The notes beneath the pieces were generated by a model. The model saw only the letters and a program-made list of their open reading frames with translations. It did not search any database and was not told the DNA's origin. Shown here in pieces: positions 38,501-50,824 of a stretch of DNA of 50,999 nucleotides. A program made the translations under genes and the position numbers. Position 1 is the stretch's first letter; each line of letters starts with the position of its first letter. This DNA comes from Catajapyx aquilonaris (taxonomy: Eukaryota), in NCBI GenBank assembly GCA_000934665.2, contig JYFJ02000720.1:62001-112999 (forward strand), read 5' to 3'.

Positions 38501-41500
38501 TACTAACTGAATCGGACCAAAGGTCATCCTTCAGCCCGGATTTATAATATAAGGCAGGTAGGAACCCCCGTATTGAATCAGCTTCGTTGTCAATCTTCCC
38601 GAATTAAGTGTGTCCCACGAACCCTTTCGGGGGTCCTTCCCTTCCTCTTATTGCCAATTACACCGAACGTGTCGATAAGGGCTCCCCCCAACAGGAGTTG
38701 CACAGTCAGGGTGCGCGCTTGGTTGCCTACTGATCCACGATAAGTTCCTCCAGGTGGAATTCAAATGACTTTGATGTATTGGGTCACTTGCGTTCGGGTC
38801 TCCTGAGATGACGATGCGGATAGATGCGCTCCTACTAAGCATACACTATTTCACGTATCATGCTTGTAATTTGATTTGGTCATGTGGACATATTATGCAG
38901 GACAAATATACGAACATGCCTCGCTATCTGATCCCGAATGCATGAAAAACCAGTAAATCACTCCGCAATTGCATCAAATCTAAATGACGTCACTGACCCG
39001 AACTCGACCCAGATCTGAAGAAACAATCGGACATTCCGAAATATTTATCAGAACTGGGTTATTCATGCACTCCCGGGCAGGAACCAGCACCTTTCTTTTT
39101 AATGAACTAAAATGAAAGCCACCACCCCCGATATCCAATGCGCCCTTAGTCATTAAAATAATAAGTCGCTAAAATTTTCCCCAAGATTGATGGCTCTCCG
39201 GCCGGAACTTAATGATAGGTGCGATATTTCATCCAAGGGCCACCTACCGCTGCAGCCTGCTACTGGGCCAAGATAAATGAAAGTGCTTATCCAAGAAGGC
39301 ACCCATAGGAAAAGAACTGAGATTAGTTGGGCAGGAGACACAGTTTTGACCTGACTGATCCAAAAAGTCCAGCGTTGTCTGACTCATCGGAAGTCTGCGT
39401 GGGTTCTAATGAAACCGGCTCCAAAACACGGGGATACGTCACAGTTTCCAATCATCCTAATGACGCGGATGTTAATTTGGAAGTAAAAGTGTCGATCGTT
39501 TCTCAGACCCTTAACGAGGCGTTTCTAATCGGTCTTTGAAATCGGTTTAGAGCTGCTTTTTTCACTTGGAAAACACACGGGTATTGTCGAAAAAATAACG
39601 TTAATAGTACGACAACACGTCTAATTCCAGCAGTGCGCCTTAGGCTGACGTCAGCTGATAACGCTTGATTGTGACAAACCTTAATTTCTTCTTTCCTAAT
39701 GAGGTGCCCTGGATACTCTCGACTAATAAGCTACAAGACTCCGACAATTTCTTGGTTCGTGGTTCCCCCGCTGTTCTAGGTAATTAACTCTCTTATCAGT
39801 TTACAGAAAAAAATAAGTCAGTCCCGGAATGTGCGCATGAAATCTTAAAAAAAAACATTGTTACCCCTTTGGGATCCTCGCCGATTAGAGACGCAAAATC
39901 GGTTCCGCAGGTACGCATGAAAGGTGGTGAAAGACGCGTTTGTTTTGCCAACTGTAACCTCTTCTTGTCCCACATCCGTGGTCTAATGAAGCTCGGCCAA
40001 ATGATTTTTTTTGCCACCTTGTAAAGTAGAGCTGAGCAGAACTTTGGAAGGAAATTTTTAGGTAAGGAAGTGGTGAAGTTGAACGACCCTCAGTTCCGCC
40101 CATGGAATCCAGGAAATAAGCTCATTTTACACACTCACAGGCACAGTTCAAGCAGAAGTGTCCTGTGACAATATTGATCAGTCATGTTAGATTCTTCTGT
40201 CATTTTTTTAGAAATTTTTGTTTCAGTTTCAGATCACTTGCATTGATATCACGTACTGACCCGAGGAGACAAGCAACTTAGGGCACATTATGGCGAAAAT
40301 GAGTGGCTGCCCTGCCTTCTCGTTTGCAACAATGACATCTGAAAGGAGCCGTCAGTTCCTATAGCATGGTTGCCAGGAGCGGACCGGAAATATCGATCAC
40401 CTCATATTTTACGAGCCGTATCAAGAGTGGGCATCGAGTTTCCCAGGACATCTCCCAGGTATTCATATTGCCCTCCAGTGCTGGGTGTGTTGCAGCTACC
40501 TTGCAAACCACACCTCTGAAATTTTTATCAGAGCTTGTTATCCCGCGACAAGCAAATGGTAGCATTTCTTGTCATAAGCCACTCAACGGGAGATCGCTGC
40601 AGAAACGGCTTCCTCATACTAATGCCAGCTCCTGAAACGGCGAAGGTGGTCCCACGTCTCTCTGGTATCGGCTTGACACCTCTGCCTTTACAGTCGAATT
40701 AATAAGCCACCGCTTTTAGTAATCCGATAATGAATAGCTTCTAATTACGACAGCTATAAAACATGGTAAACAAAAGCTGGCTATAAATTGATAAGCAGAA
40801 CTAATTTTATTGCCCTCAGAATAGAAGGTCAGAGATGGAGGAACACCCACAGACCCTTCCAGCCCAATCATTGTCAACATTCCTAGTTAAAACCAACACC
40901 CAATTCTCTACAAATATAATTTCAAGCCACAATTGCAACTATAGACTGAATTGAGTTAAGAATTGCACAGATTGATCCAAACCGATTATTCGTCTTTGAA
41001 ATAACAAGACCACACAGCAGGGAATACATCGCGACCGATTAAGAGTCTCCTACTATCAACAGTGGGTGTCGGCGCAAGGCCTGGTCACAAATAAAGCGTG
41101 GGTTTTCACCTCTGAGCCTATATACATTTGGCATCTCTCAACTTGCTGTTTCTTCTAAGCCGATTAAGTGCCTCGAATAGTACTTTTGTGCCTCCGATTT
41201 CACGCCGTTCATAAATAAGAATGGACTAAATGCTGCGATGGCGGCTCGGAGGACAGCTCTGTGATACTATCGGCTCGTTAATTCCACCGCTACTTGAAAT
41301 CTTTACCCTTTATTTTTCCACCATCCGAGCGGTTAAAAAGACCCAGAGTGGACGTAAATAAAATTCGCGACAAGTTGGTAACGCTCGCTGGTCACTTGCG
41401 GTTAATTCCGCGTCCGCTGGAGAAATGTGGGCCGAACCGAACCGTATTTCTTACTAGCTAATTAAGGCGATCGTGGGTTCACTGGTACGTCGCCACCGTT

Positions 41501-44500
41501 TGAAAAACGCCGCTTCAGGGCCCCATACTTTAAGAATACAGCGCACATGATTTCGTTCGTATTAAGCCATAATTTAAAAGCCGGGGGTCATTTATCTCGT
41601 TGGAACGAGCCTTAAATCGCCCTGGTAAAACGTGTTCCATTTCCACATAAAAATACTGCATTGTGCCAGTATGGACTTTTGTTGACGGAGCTACCGTTCT
41701 GCATTGATTTGTAACTGTTAAGTCCTCTGATGGAGATGGCCTTACTGATATACAGCAACTTCTTCTAAGCGGAAACAGAGAAATAAGAAAGTTTCCTGCG
41801 TGGGAGAACCTGCGCGACTTGAACCCACATCATATATGCTGCCTAGGAAATTATATGATAAGGCTTCAAATTGACTCGGAGACGGGTGGCAATTAAGCAC
41901 ATGGGGACCGGTGGCATTTCGATTCTTGCAGTTGACGGCCTTCACGCTGATTGTGATGGGATGTGATCGAAGATGACTTGCAACATAAGATTTTTGCTTG
42001 CATGGTACGATGAGTTATATGCGGTGCTATAATGCGATTCTTCAGACTTTCCAAGGCTGTCGCCCCCATGCTGGTTGCCAATAGTCAGGGAGGTACGTGC
42101 AGGGCAAATAGAGTGCATTTGCAGTCATTTGGTCTGCCCACAGGATTGTACAATACGTACCAAAATTTTTGTCAACGGCTACAGATCATCATCTCGTAAG
42201 GCATATGGCAGACAAGGTGAGAATAGACAGATTAACTTCTCATGCAAACTCAATGTTGCAAATCATTCCCCCGAGTTCATGACTGTCCAGCTTTTGCTTC
42301 CTGCTCGTGTACTAATCTTCGGCTTATGATCGCCCATTGTTGCATCAGCGGGATACATCTTTGCCTTAGCTCTTTCTGCAGCAGTTGGATTTTGCGAACT
42401 AGATCAATTTCTCATAAAATTCTGCTTAATATTTAATTCATCGCTAGATTCAAAGATTGTTGGGTACCGTACTGTTATGTCCGATTGCATCTAATTAATG
42501 TTCCATGCAATCAGTTGAATGACCTTAAGTGTGGTTCATAATATTTCGCCAAAATTATTTCAGTAGTCATTACCTGAAGGCTGCGTGGAATTACACATAA
42601 GCCGAGAAGCTTATTACATTTTCTCCCCCTTCCATTTGCTGTATACATCCAACGCGCCATAATTTCCTCAGTAAACAAGTTTGGGGTTCCGTCCAAAAAA
42701 AGGCAACTCTTAATTATTTCAACTCGGATGTAAAGCCTAGACATTGTTATGAGCAGTAAAAGCGCTTTCCTTTGATTCCGTAGAGATAAAAGCGGGGATA
42801 GGATTTGACAGCAATTAGCGCTGGAGAATATTTAGGATGGCTATTTCTCACGAGGCATCGTGCTGACCCCGTCACCGAAGTTCTGGACTTTCCCACTTTT
42901 CAGACCTGAAAATTATCACATTTTCTCTAGAGAGGACCAGTGGCCATCTTCCTTATTGAAAAATATTATGTCGCGTATGTTGCACGTCACATGTGAATCA
43001 AAGGGGACGACGTCCACTTTCTGAGAGGCGTGGCTATACAGTGTAAGATACGAGAAGTTTGTGCGAAAACTATGCCAAGGTTTGGGAGGCGGGTTAGTTT
43101 CATCCTTCCGCACATCCACCAATCGCACACCTTGCAACTCACTTCGGAGCACACGCCTCGCCTGGAATCCAAGGCGACAAAAACATTTATTATTTTTTGT
43201 GTGTCCCTGTTTCTTCGCATAGGAATGCGCGCCCCGGTCGTTTGCGATCCTGGGTAATTCATGGTGATTGGTAATTACACCTTGAAGATGTCACCGCTTG
43301 GCAGTACGTGTCCCTTTTTTTCAGGGCTCGTGAACTATCACTCTGTGGAATGTTTTCTGTCGCAATTCAACTCTCGCCTGAACTTAATGTAGGTGGATTT
43401 GATTTACATGCTCAGAGATCTTGTTTGTGCAGATGCTTTTGTGCATAGTTAAGAGACCGGGGGTAATCTACAGGTTACTGTGGCCCTGTGTTACAGCAGC
43501 CGGTAATCCCTCAATTTACGGCGCAATGGAAAAGGCTATAAATCCCAGCTTTACGTCGGCGAAAGAATCGGCCAAGAAATTTCACATGTCAATTTATGTG
43601 CGTGAATCCACAAACGGAAGCCTGGAACCAGTAGACCTACATGGTACATGTCAGGAGATATCAACTTATGCCCTGTTTGGCAGTGCGCGACAGTAATGTT
43701 CCTCAGGTTCCAAAAGGGGAGAATCGTGTAGTTCAAGAATAGAATGGTGTGAGTCACGAGGGTCCTCAAATTGTGCCCACCTGGAAACATCATGATGTCT
43801 CGAGGATTGGGGAGGAGTCCCGCGAATGCCATCATTGTGAGTAGGGGTGAACCATCTGGCCCAAAGGACCGAAATGGCAAAGAAGGCCCTCCTAACCTAA
43901 GGGCGTGTCGGAGGTCACCTCGCCCACACCTAGCCTGTTTTATAACTGGACATTTCCGCTGGTTTTTGGCGCAAACGGCCAGTAGATAGCACCACTATCG
44001 AAACGCGGAAGTGGCGGTACCCCGTGGCCACCTCTTAAGAGTGTCAGATTAATTACACAGCATCAATGAAGGAGCGATGCAACATTGGACGTCAATCTCG
44101 GCCAGGATTCCGCCTCTTTTATCCAGCCAGACCCGTCAAAATGCGCCATAATCCTACTGCACCTGCTCCCCTTGGGGCCACCACACTCGTTTTCCCGCCA
44201 AAAAAACCGCCACAAACGACCCATGTTACAATGATGGCATTTTGAAAACTTCACACAAGATTTTTAGACAAAAATCAACTTTTAGGATTAGGGTTTATAT
44301 CTGGATGAAGTATCTGACGTCAGGTCCTTTTTACTAATAAAAATCAACGTTCTCTTCATGGTATAGGAGGAAGTAATAAAATAATTCAATAATGCTCAAC
44401 CCTGCCTTTTATTGCTAGTCTTGCATTGAAACAATGACGCAAAAGCAGACAAAAACAAAGTTCTTGCCATGTAGTAATGCGTAGATGAATGGGGCGGGAA

Positions 44501-44617
44501 AAAAGTGCTGTAACTATTGTTTTCTCGTACGTATAAGGGCAGCTCCATGGTCGTTCCAATGAATCAGTGTAGATCAACCCCCAGATGTCAAGTACGGAAT
44601 GGCCTTACCATAAATAT

Positions 44618-45200
44618 TATAGGGTGTCCACATTAATTTGACTCATATGGAACAGATATTGTTCGCTGATGCCAATCGATTCAGGAGATAGCTGCGAGTT
44701 TATTTATAACTTCTTTCTCGCCGTGGAATAATACGCAATCATATATAGCAAAAAGAGATGTTATCTCGACTCAGTTGTAGGAAAATGTTATTTAGAATTT
44801 GAATAACCCTGATTGTATTTTACTTAATAAATAACTTCGAATTCTTCACCATAGCGTAATTTTAATTAGCATCGTCTGTTATGATTCATTTCCCATATTA
44901 TTTTTCTTGAATTCGTATTAATCTCCTTTTGTACTTGTGCTATAATTGATTTCATTCAGGTAAAATTCCCAATATTGAAATATTAAAATTACAGTGAAAG
45001 TGACTCTGACTAATGATCATGTTATTGAAAATATGCTCATGCTTTGTTGTGTAAACAAAAATGAGCAAAATGTCTGCAATTGCAATAGTGAATATTTTTC
45101 TAAAAGAAACATCTCTCGTGAATTTTTTATAAGCGTCATACGTATCATGCAATCACAGAGGTTTTATGATCCACTGAGACCTTACCGTACTTATCCCATA
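44618..45200 (+). mobile_element. Degraded non-autonomous Tc1/mariner-like element (right boundary uncertain)
   Basis: It begins TATAGGGTGTCC (a TACAGGGTGTCC-like TIR) and is followed by an abrupt AT-rich block. Confidence 0.3.
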
Positions 45201-47522
45201 TAATTTTTGTTCGACTCGTCCCAACTTTTGAGCCACCATGTACTTGCACACGACAATGACCGGATTCCCGCATTAATATCAAAATATGGACAGCAACATC
45301 AGGCTCATCCCTAAGTATGACAGCTCCACATTATTATGTTAATACCCGATCAGCTCTAAAACTATAAGCACAGTAATTTCCGTCGCCCTCTTTCAATCGT
45401 GACGTCAACAGCTGATCACACATCTGGACGTCCAGATTATTATTCCTAATTGCTCGCGGCGAAATTAGCGAAACGACTATTGACGTCAAATTACATCACC
45501 CATGCAAATGAACTCGCAGCAACCCGAAAGGAGCAAATTGCACGTTTGAAATAATAAGAAATTAGCCGTCCAGCAGATACTGTCTAGATAAATCTCCATG
45601 GTTGAGTGACACCCCCGGTAATTTTTTTGGCCCCCACTAATTCCGGAAGACAAAGAGGGCCCGATAAAAGGTTGACGTGCAAATCTGAATACCTGGGCGG
45701 CCCGAAAGGGAAGCTGCTTCAAACTGACCCCCGTCACGACTTGGCATGCCCGGCAACCCCCTTGGGCACCTTCACCTAAGGCGCGGCCTGAGATCAAAAG
45801 AGAGGAAAACTTTGGGCGTGGTCCATCCTTTTTAGATCTGCTCCATCTGTGGAGGGATGCTGCCGCCTCTCAGATTTTCAGGATCCATTGATGGAAGGCC
45901 CCCATACCTGGGCTGTGGAAGGTCTCTCTTCGTTTCGACACGGTCCTCCCTAAACCCTCGTCTTCTCGACACACTCCATTCACTCCGATCCTCTGCGTGA
46001 ATGGAATAATCTGGAGGCCGTTATCGTTGCATCGCATTAAATATGGATAAGGACGTTTAGCAACACGATGGATGGGACAATCAGTCTGCCATTCTGATAT
46101 TTCACAACGAAACAAAATATGCACAAAATTTGGGCGAACTATAAGGGCATCGTCCTATGGTAATTCATGTAAGTTAACTGATTGAAGCAGATTTTGAAGG
46201 CGTGGATAATTGGATGCAGTACTATGTTGCACAATGATGGAACAAAGTTGCGTGAAGTTCATTTCCTTCACATGTCCGTTTCATGCAAATTTTATGCCCG
46301 CATGTTGGTTTTTGCCTTCCAAAATAATTAGGCTTAAAACAAACATATCGCATCGGGGCGTAATGACCGTGCATGGCGTGCCGCCTTTAACATAACTCGT
46401 ACACCGCGAATGTGCAATGTAAATCGCGCGTTCTTTTGCATACACAACGCGGCACACATGTATCCTAATTAAGACCATCACGCACTTTTCCCCTATATAT
46501 TCACCGGAGGTTGACGAAATTGCCACGATATACGCCGCCTGTACTTACCTATTTTATTTACCTCAGTCATACGCACATTCCATGCGTGTAATCGAACCGT
46601 GATCGAACATCTCCACGTACGACTGCCCCCCATGGCCCGGTAGCAAAAAGTGGTCTTCATTATGAACTACGTGATATTTACAGAGAGCCCAAGAGCCAGA
46701 GATCTAATAAGCAGATAAGCCATCGTGACTTTTCAATCGCTACCGTCTGCTGTAGACTCTTTTCAAACCTATTTAAAAAGGGTATTGGCCTCTGTGGTCA
46801 AAAGCACCAAGGAAATATCTCTAGGGTGATTTACTGCCTCTCGAGAGTTCTGTTAAGACGGGTGTCACTCCAGGTCAGTTCAAAATCCTTGAATGGGGGA
46901 TGGTCACTTAGGGGTCAACTGGCTTCCAAAAGTAGGATGTTTCACCCCATGGGGACTTGGGATTTACGTTTTTCCAAAAGAGGATTTTCATTCACAACCC
47001 CAGCTGTTGGTTTCAACGACCTCTCAGCCTGCCTGGGAGTTCCATTCAACGAACAAAATCCGTGTCACTCTTGTACGGTTGGACTGTTACAACAACACTT
47101 GCTTTTTGTACTGATTCATCAAAGCAGTGCAACTTCATCACGAGCGTCAGGTTTTCGTATTTTTTACTACACGTTGGATAAACGATTTTCACAAGCTTAA
47201 TTACTCGAGTTTGATACGAGCTTTCCCATTATTTCGGCAATAACAAACAATCATATAACCGCTCAGGCGATTTTAGGCCTGTCCTTCTCAACTTGACGAT
47301 GACAGATAAGTTTATCTAATGAGACCATGAGACAAAAAAGGTAAAATTACCGCCACCTCATCACGTCTAATATCACCCTAGTTAGACCCCAACAGATTCA
47401 CGCTTAGAAGCAATTAAGGCTTTGCTGGTCACCGCCAGAAATGGCCAAACACGGCCTTTGGGTCACTCATGGTCCGCTGATCATCAGTCTTCCCAACTGA
47501 TCACTTGTATTAATCTAATGTA

Positions 47523-47687
47523 CACAGGGTGAACCTAAAGTCTGGACACATAGGTAATTGTATTGTATTGTTGATTTCCAGTTGTGCCAACTAGCAGGTT
47601 GTTGACAGTCAGTAAAGGTTGGCACAACTGGAAATCAACAATACAATCCAATCGCCTACGTGTCCAGACATTTAGGGTCACCTTGTA
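47523..47687. mobile_element. Near-perfect palindromic Tc1/mariner-type MITE
   Basis: Arms of about 65 bp include a perfect ATTGTATTGTTGATTTCCAGTTGTGCCAAC / GTTGGCACAACTGGAAATCAACAATACAAT pair. Termini are CAGGGTGA...TCACCTTG|TA. Confidence 0.88.
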
Positions 47688-48096
47688 GAATTTCTACTGA
47701 CTCTACTATAAGTGTTCTTAGATAATTTGACCATCTTTGATTTAGCTGGCACTACGACTTTCATTGCAAGTAATTAAGCAGTATGAACCAGTTGGCATAT
47801 TCCCCCTTTGGCTTCAATGCTGAACGGATTGACTCGTAATTTCCGACGCCATTAGTGGTAGACCCACATGTTGTAATAAACACGGTGCAAGTGACAGGCG
47901 GGAAGAATGCGGGTAAAAAGACATTTCATCTCCATTCCAATCGACCTCTAAATGTCCAGGCGGCCACTGTTTGGCTTTTTCCAAAACCCCTCCGCACCAT
48001 CCCCATCACCATCCCCTAAGCAACTTGAAGGCCTCCACTGTCAGTCCCAAGCCTCCCTGCAGGTAAATCAGCAGAGGGCAAGCTTTACCCCCTCGA

Positions 48097-48119
48097 CCAC
48101 CACCACCACCACCACCACC
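48097..48119. repeat. (ACC)n microsatellite, about 7-8 units
   Basis: Read directly from the sequence. Confidence 0.9.
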
Positions 48120-48128
48120 GTCTCTCAC

Positions 48129-48198
48129 CTGTGCAACAAACCCCCCCCTTGTCTGGTGTGGGATTGGTCCCCTCATACTCCACCAGCACCTTCGCCAT
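48129..48198 (-). CDS. Candidate first coding exon of a minus-strand gene: MAKVLVEYEGTNPTPDKGGVCCT, phase-1 donor
   Basis: gccaATGG start context, a 70-nt open frame and a strong donor CAG|GTGAGA. It is not in the ORF track, I do not recognise the product, and I found no downstream exons. Confidence 0.45.
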
Positions 48199-48408
48199 TG
48201 GCCCTTCGGCCACTCGGACGCTCTCCCAGAACTGGAGGACCCGCGATGCTGAAGAGAATCCCAACTAGTCCAATAAGAGCAGGTGTTATTGTTGCGGTGG
48301 CTCCATTCCGGTCTGCATCGGGTCCGTGTTTTACCGGATAATATCTCTGATCGGTGGGGGTTCAGTTTCTGGTTGGTTGGACGTGGAGCGTCCGGGCTGG
48401 CTGGCAGT
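48199..48408. promoter_or_regulatory. Probable bidirectional promoter (210 bp between divergent ATGs)
   Basis: CpG-rich, with CCAAT at about 48270 and an arthropod Inr-like TCAGTT at 48362-48367 upstream of the + strand ATG. Confidence 0.5.
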
Positions 48409-48495
48409 ATGACGACGACGGTGAGCCCGACGGCGACGCTGCTTGAGGGGAGTGTCAACCCGAAGATGAACCTAGATAATATCAGCGATTTTGAG
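48409..48495 (+). CDS. Candidate first coding exon of a + strand gene: MTTTVSPTATLLEGSVNPKMNLDNISDFE, phase-0 donor
   Basis: agtATG start, 29 codons and a consensus donor GAG|GTGAGT at 48496. Downstream sequence becomes CpG-poor, as in a methylated gene body. Product not recognised. Confidence 0.55.
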
Positions 48496-48943
48496 GTGAG
48501 TGGCAACCCGGGTGTTGGTCGTGCGTGTGATGTTGTGCAGATAGTGTTGGCATAGGCCTAATGCCTTGCATGCATGTGTGGCACGTGTATGTGGTACTTA
48601 TTTGCCGAATTTGCTGTTGTTACATGGGTCAGAAAGGTCGTCGTGTTGTAAGGAACCGGTTTTTAGTAGAAATCCGTGCAATACATGCTGGTTTGCGGGG
48701 ACATGCATGTAGGCCTAATCATCAGTAGTTGACAAATCTGTCGTCACATGTGAGTCGCTAGAAGAGGCATCTAGTAAGCGTGTTGGATTGTTGCACAGAA
48801 CGATAGCTAAAATAATGCGTGCCTATGCCATATTTATTAACGACTCATCAAGAAATGCCTTTAAAAATATTTTATACAAATATGAATAAATTGCCTGCAT
48901 TTAGTGCATACTGGAGGAAAGGATCTATCAGACGGCTCTTAGC

Positions 48944-48944
<1 letters not shown>

Positions 48945-49013
<69 letters not shown>
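48945..49013. repeat. (TAG)23 microsatellite followed by a short (TGG)n run
   Basis: Read directly. It explains the poly-Tyr ORF at 48872-49093. Confidence 0.98.
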
Positions 49014-49421
49014 ATGGTGGTGGTGGTGACAGTGATCATGTTGATGGCAATTGTTTTAGAGTCATGCAGGTGAAGTAGGAATACAAAGTCCAACCCAAAA
49101 TAATAATAGTGTAAGCGTTACCTGAAAATTGTCCCCGTGTAGGATGAATTTTGGATTATTCTCACGTTGTAGTTTTTAGGCAACAAAAAATTTCCCACTT
49201 TCCATTGTTCTGATTCATGACAGAAAAGCCAAACGGTCCCAGCCCTTTCGCCTATTAAAATCTCCAAGGAATGTTACAGTTTTGTAAGTAAATCTTCTAA
49301 TGAAAATTGCAATGAGATCCATTGTACAGATCTACTTCCAGGTGACTTCATGTTATCAGTTATGCCAGTGACGCCAATAACTATGCACATGATCTGGCCT
49401 ACGTATACAGTACATCCCTTC

Positions 49422-49539
49422 AGTGGGTGTAATTTTCTTCGTACTACTAGTTACATATAACTTAGCAATGGTACCAGTGTAATGCAATGGTACTGCGAAG
49501 TTAAAAGTAACTAGTAGTATGACGAAAATTCCACCCACT
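49422..49539. mobile_element. Palindromic MITE-like element
   Basis: AGTGGGTG.AATTTTC.TC.TACTACTAGTTAC.T.TAACTT pairs with AAGTTAAAAGTAACTAGTAGTATGACGAAAATTCCACCCACT. Confidence 0.82.
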
Positions 49540-50500
49540 AATAGCACTTTGAACTTGATTACTTTTTGTTATTGTAAACAATCACTTACAGATTATTTCG
49601 AATGTAGCGTAGCACTGATTGTACATTATCTTCCAAGTAATTTGTACTGATATCATGCAGAAGAATCGCAACCCTAAAACTTGTCTCATCCTGAAATGAA
49701 ACCATGCGTAACAAGCATCTCAGTCTAGACTTAGCGTGCCTAATGTATACAAGTTGCAAATGAATCAAGATTATTTATTTGCAACATGTATACATTAGGC
49801 ATATTATTCAAATGAGTACAGAGTGGAAAGCAATAATGTGAAACATTTGTCTGAAATAGAGGAATGTACTAGCCATAACTACACTTGCATTGTTCTGATT
49901 ATTGCTCAGGATTGCTCTCATCTCTCAATGTTGTCCAATGTGATGCATAACTAAAGCCTACATATAGAGCAACGGTCCAGCATTGTTTTCATTGCATTAG
50001 GACATCTCAGCAGGAGGGCTCTTTTGTTCAAGTTGCACGAAACGTCATGCAATTTCTCCACTTCCTTTCGTCTCTTCGTGCTATGATGTCACGAGGGGGA
50101 GAGAGGATCCTCGGTATAAATCGGTGACAAATGGGCCAGAATCATCTACCAGCCCATTACCTCTCATGTCCGCAGTTGAAACCATGTACAGAGCAATTAC
50201 TCTATGTTGCATGACACGCCCTCTTGTTTACACGGTGCCAAATAACTCCACCGCTAATTTCACCTGTTCGGGTCTAACAATGTGCGCAACACTTCTCCAG
50301 AGTCTCCCAATAAAAGAAATTGGATAATATTAGGCTGTAAAACAAATGGGTTGGCCATTAGTCCGCAAAAGCATCCATCTACGTCTGAAACATGACAAAT
50401 GAATCCAGGACCGACCCTGTTGTTTGGTAAATCAACGGAAAACGCCGGCTAAAGAGTGGCCTTTCCTCCTACTCTCTTTTTTTCTACCTTCTTCTTCCGT

Positions 50501-50596
50501 GGTTACCTGCCCTCCCCCCCTGACAAACCACCACCGCCGAAGAACCNCACCACCCCCTCCCTCCCCAACCCCTCAATTACTCCTAGTATTTCTTGC
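50501..50596 (+). mobile_element. Diverged fragment related to the body of the SINE at 9557-9907
   Basis: Colinear blocks: ggttacctgccctcc vs ggcaacctgacctcc, ccaccgc, ccccaacccct, and tcctagtatt(t/c)cttgc. Confidence 0.55.
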
Positions 50597-50717
50597 CTCC
50601 CGCCCACTTCTCCAGACTCTGCCTATAAGACCAGGTGAGGACGGAAATGCCCATTCTACACTCTCTTGGCATTTTCCAGTTGTGGACATCCTGAAGAAAT
50701 TGTACGATTTTTAAAAA

Positions 50718-50824
50718 TATATGGGTCGAATTTTTGTCCCACTGCTGATTACTGCTAACTTAGCAATGCCAACCCTGCTAAGTTAGCAGTGACTTGCAGT
50801 GGGACGAAAATTCCGCCGTATGTA
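50718..50824. mobile_element. Palindromic MITE-like element related to 49422-49539
   Basis: GAATTTTTGTCCCACTGC...ACTGCTAACTTAGCA pairs with TGCTAAGTTAGCAGT...GCAGTGGGACGAAAATTC. It shares GACGAAAATTCC and TAACTTAGCAATG with the 49.4 kb element. Confidence 0.82.

Noticed and set aside
37352..38527. Longer ORFs (174, 184 and 105 aa)
   Set aside because: No recognisable domain, near-random composition and no consistent splice structure.
40260..42905. Small open phase-1 minus-strand segments (42905-42852 and about 40338-40260) as next exons for 48198-48129
   Set aside because: The splice signals are plausible, but short open segments like these arise often by chance and the joined peptide resembles nothing I know.
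48872..49093. Poly-tyrosine ORF
   Set aside because: It is the translation of the (TAG)23 microsatellite.
50001..50340. Open + frame after an AG at 50000 as exon 2 of the 48409 gene, and minus-strand LLLGDSG as a Harbinger transposase motif
   Set aside because: The + peptide has no recognisable features. The GDSG match is four residues long, followed by a stop, with no other transposase motifs.
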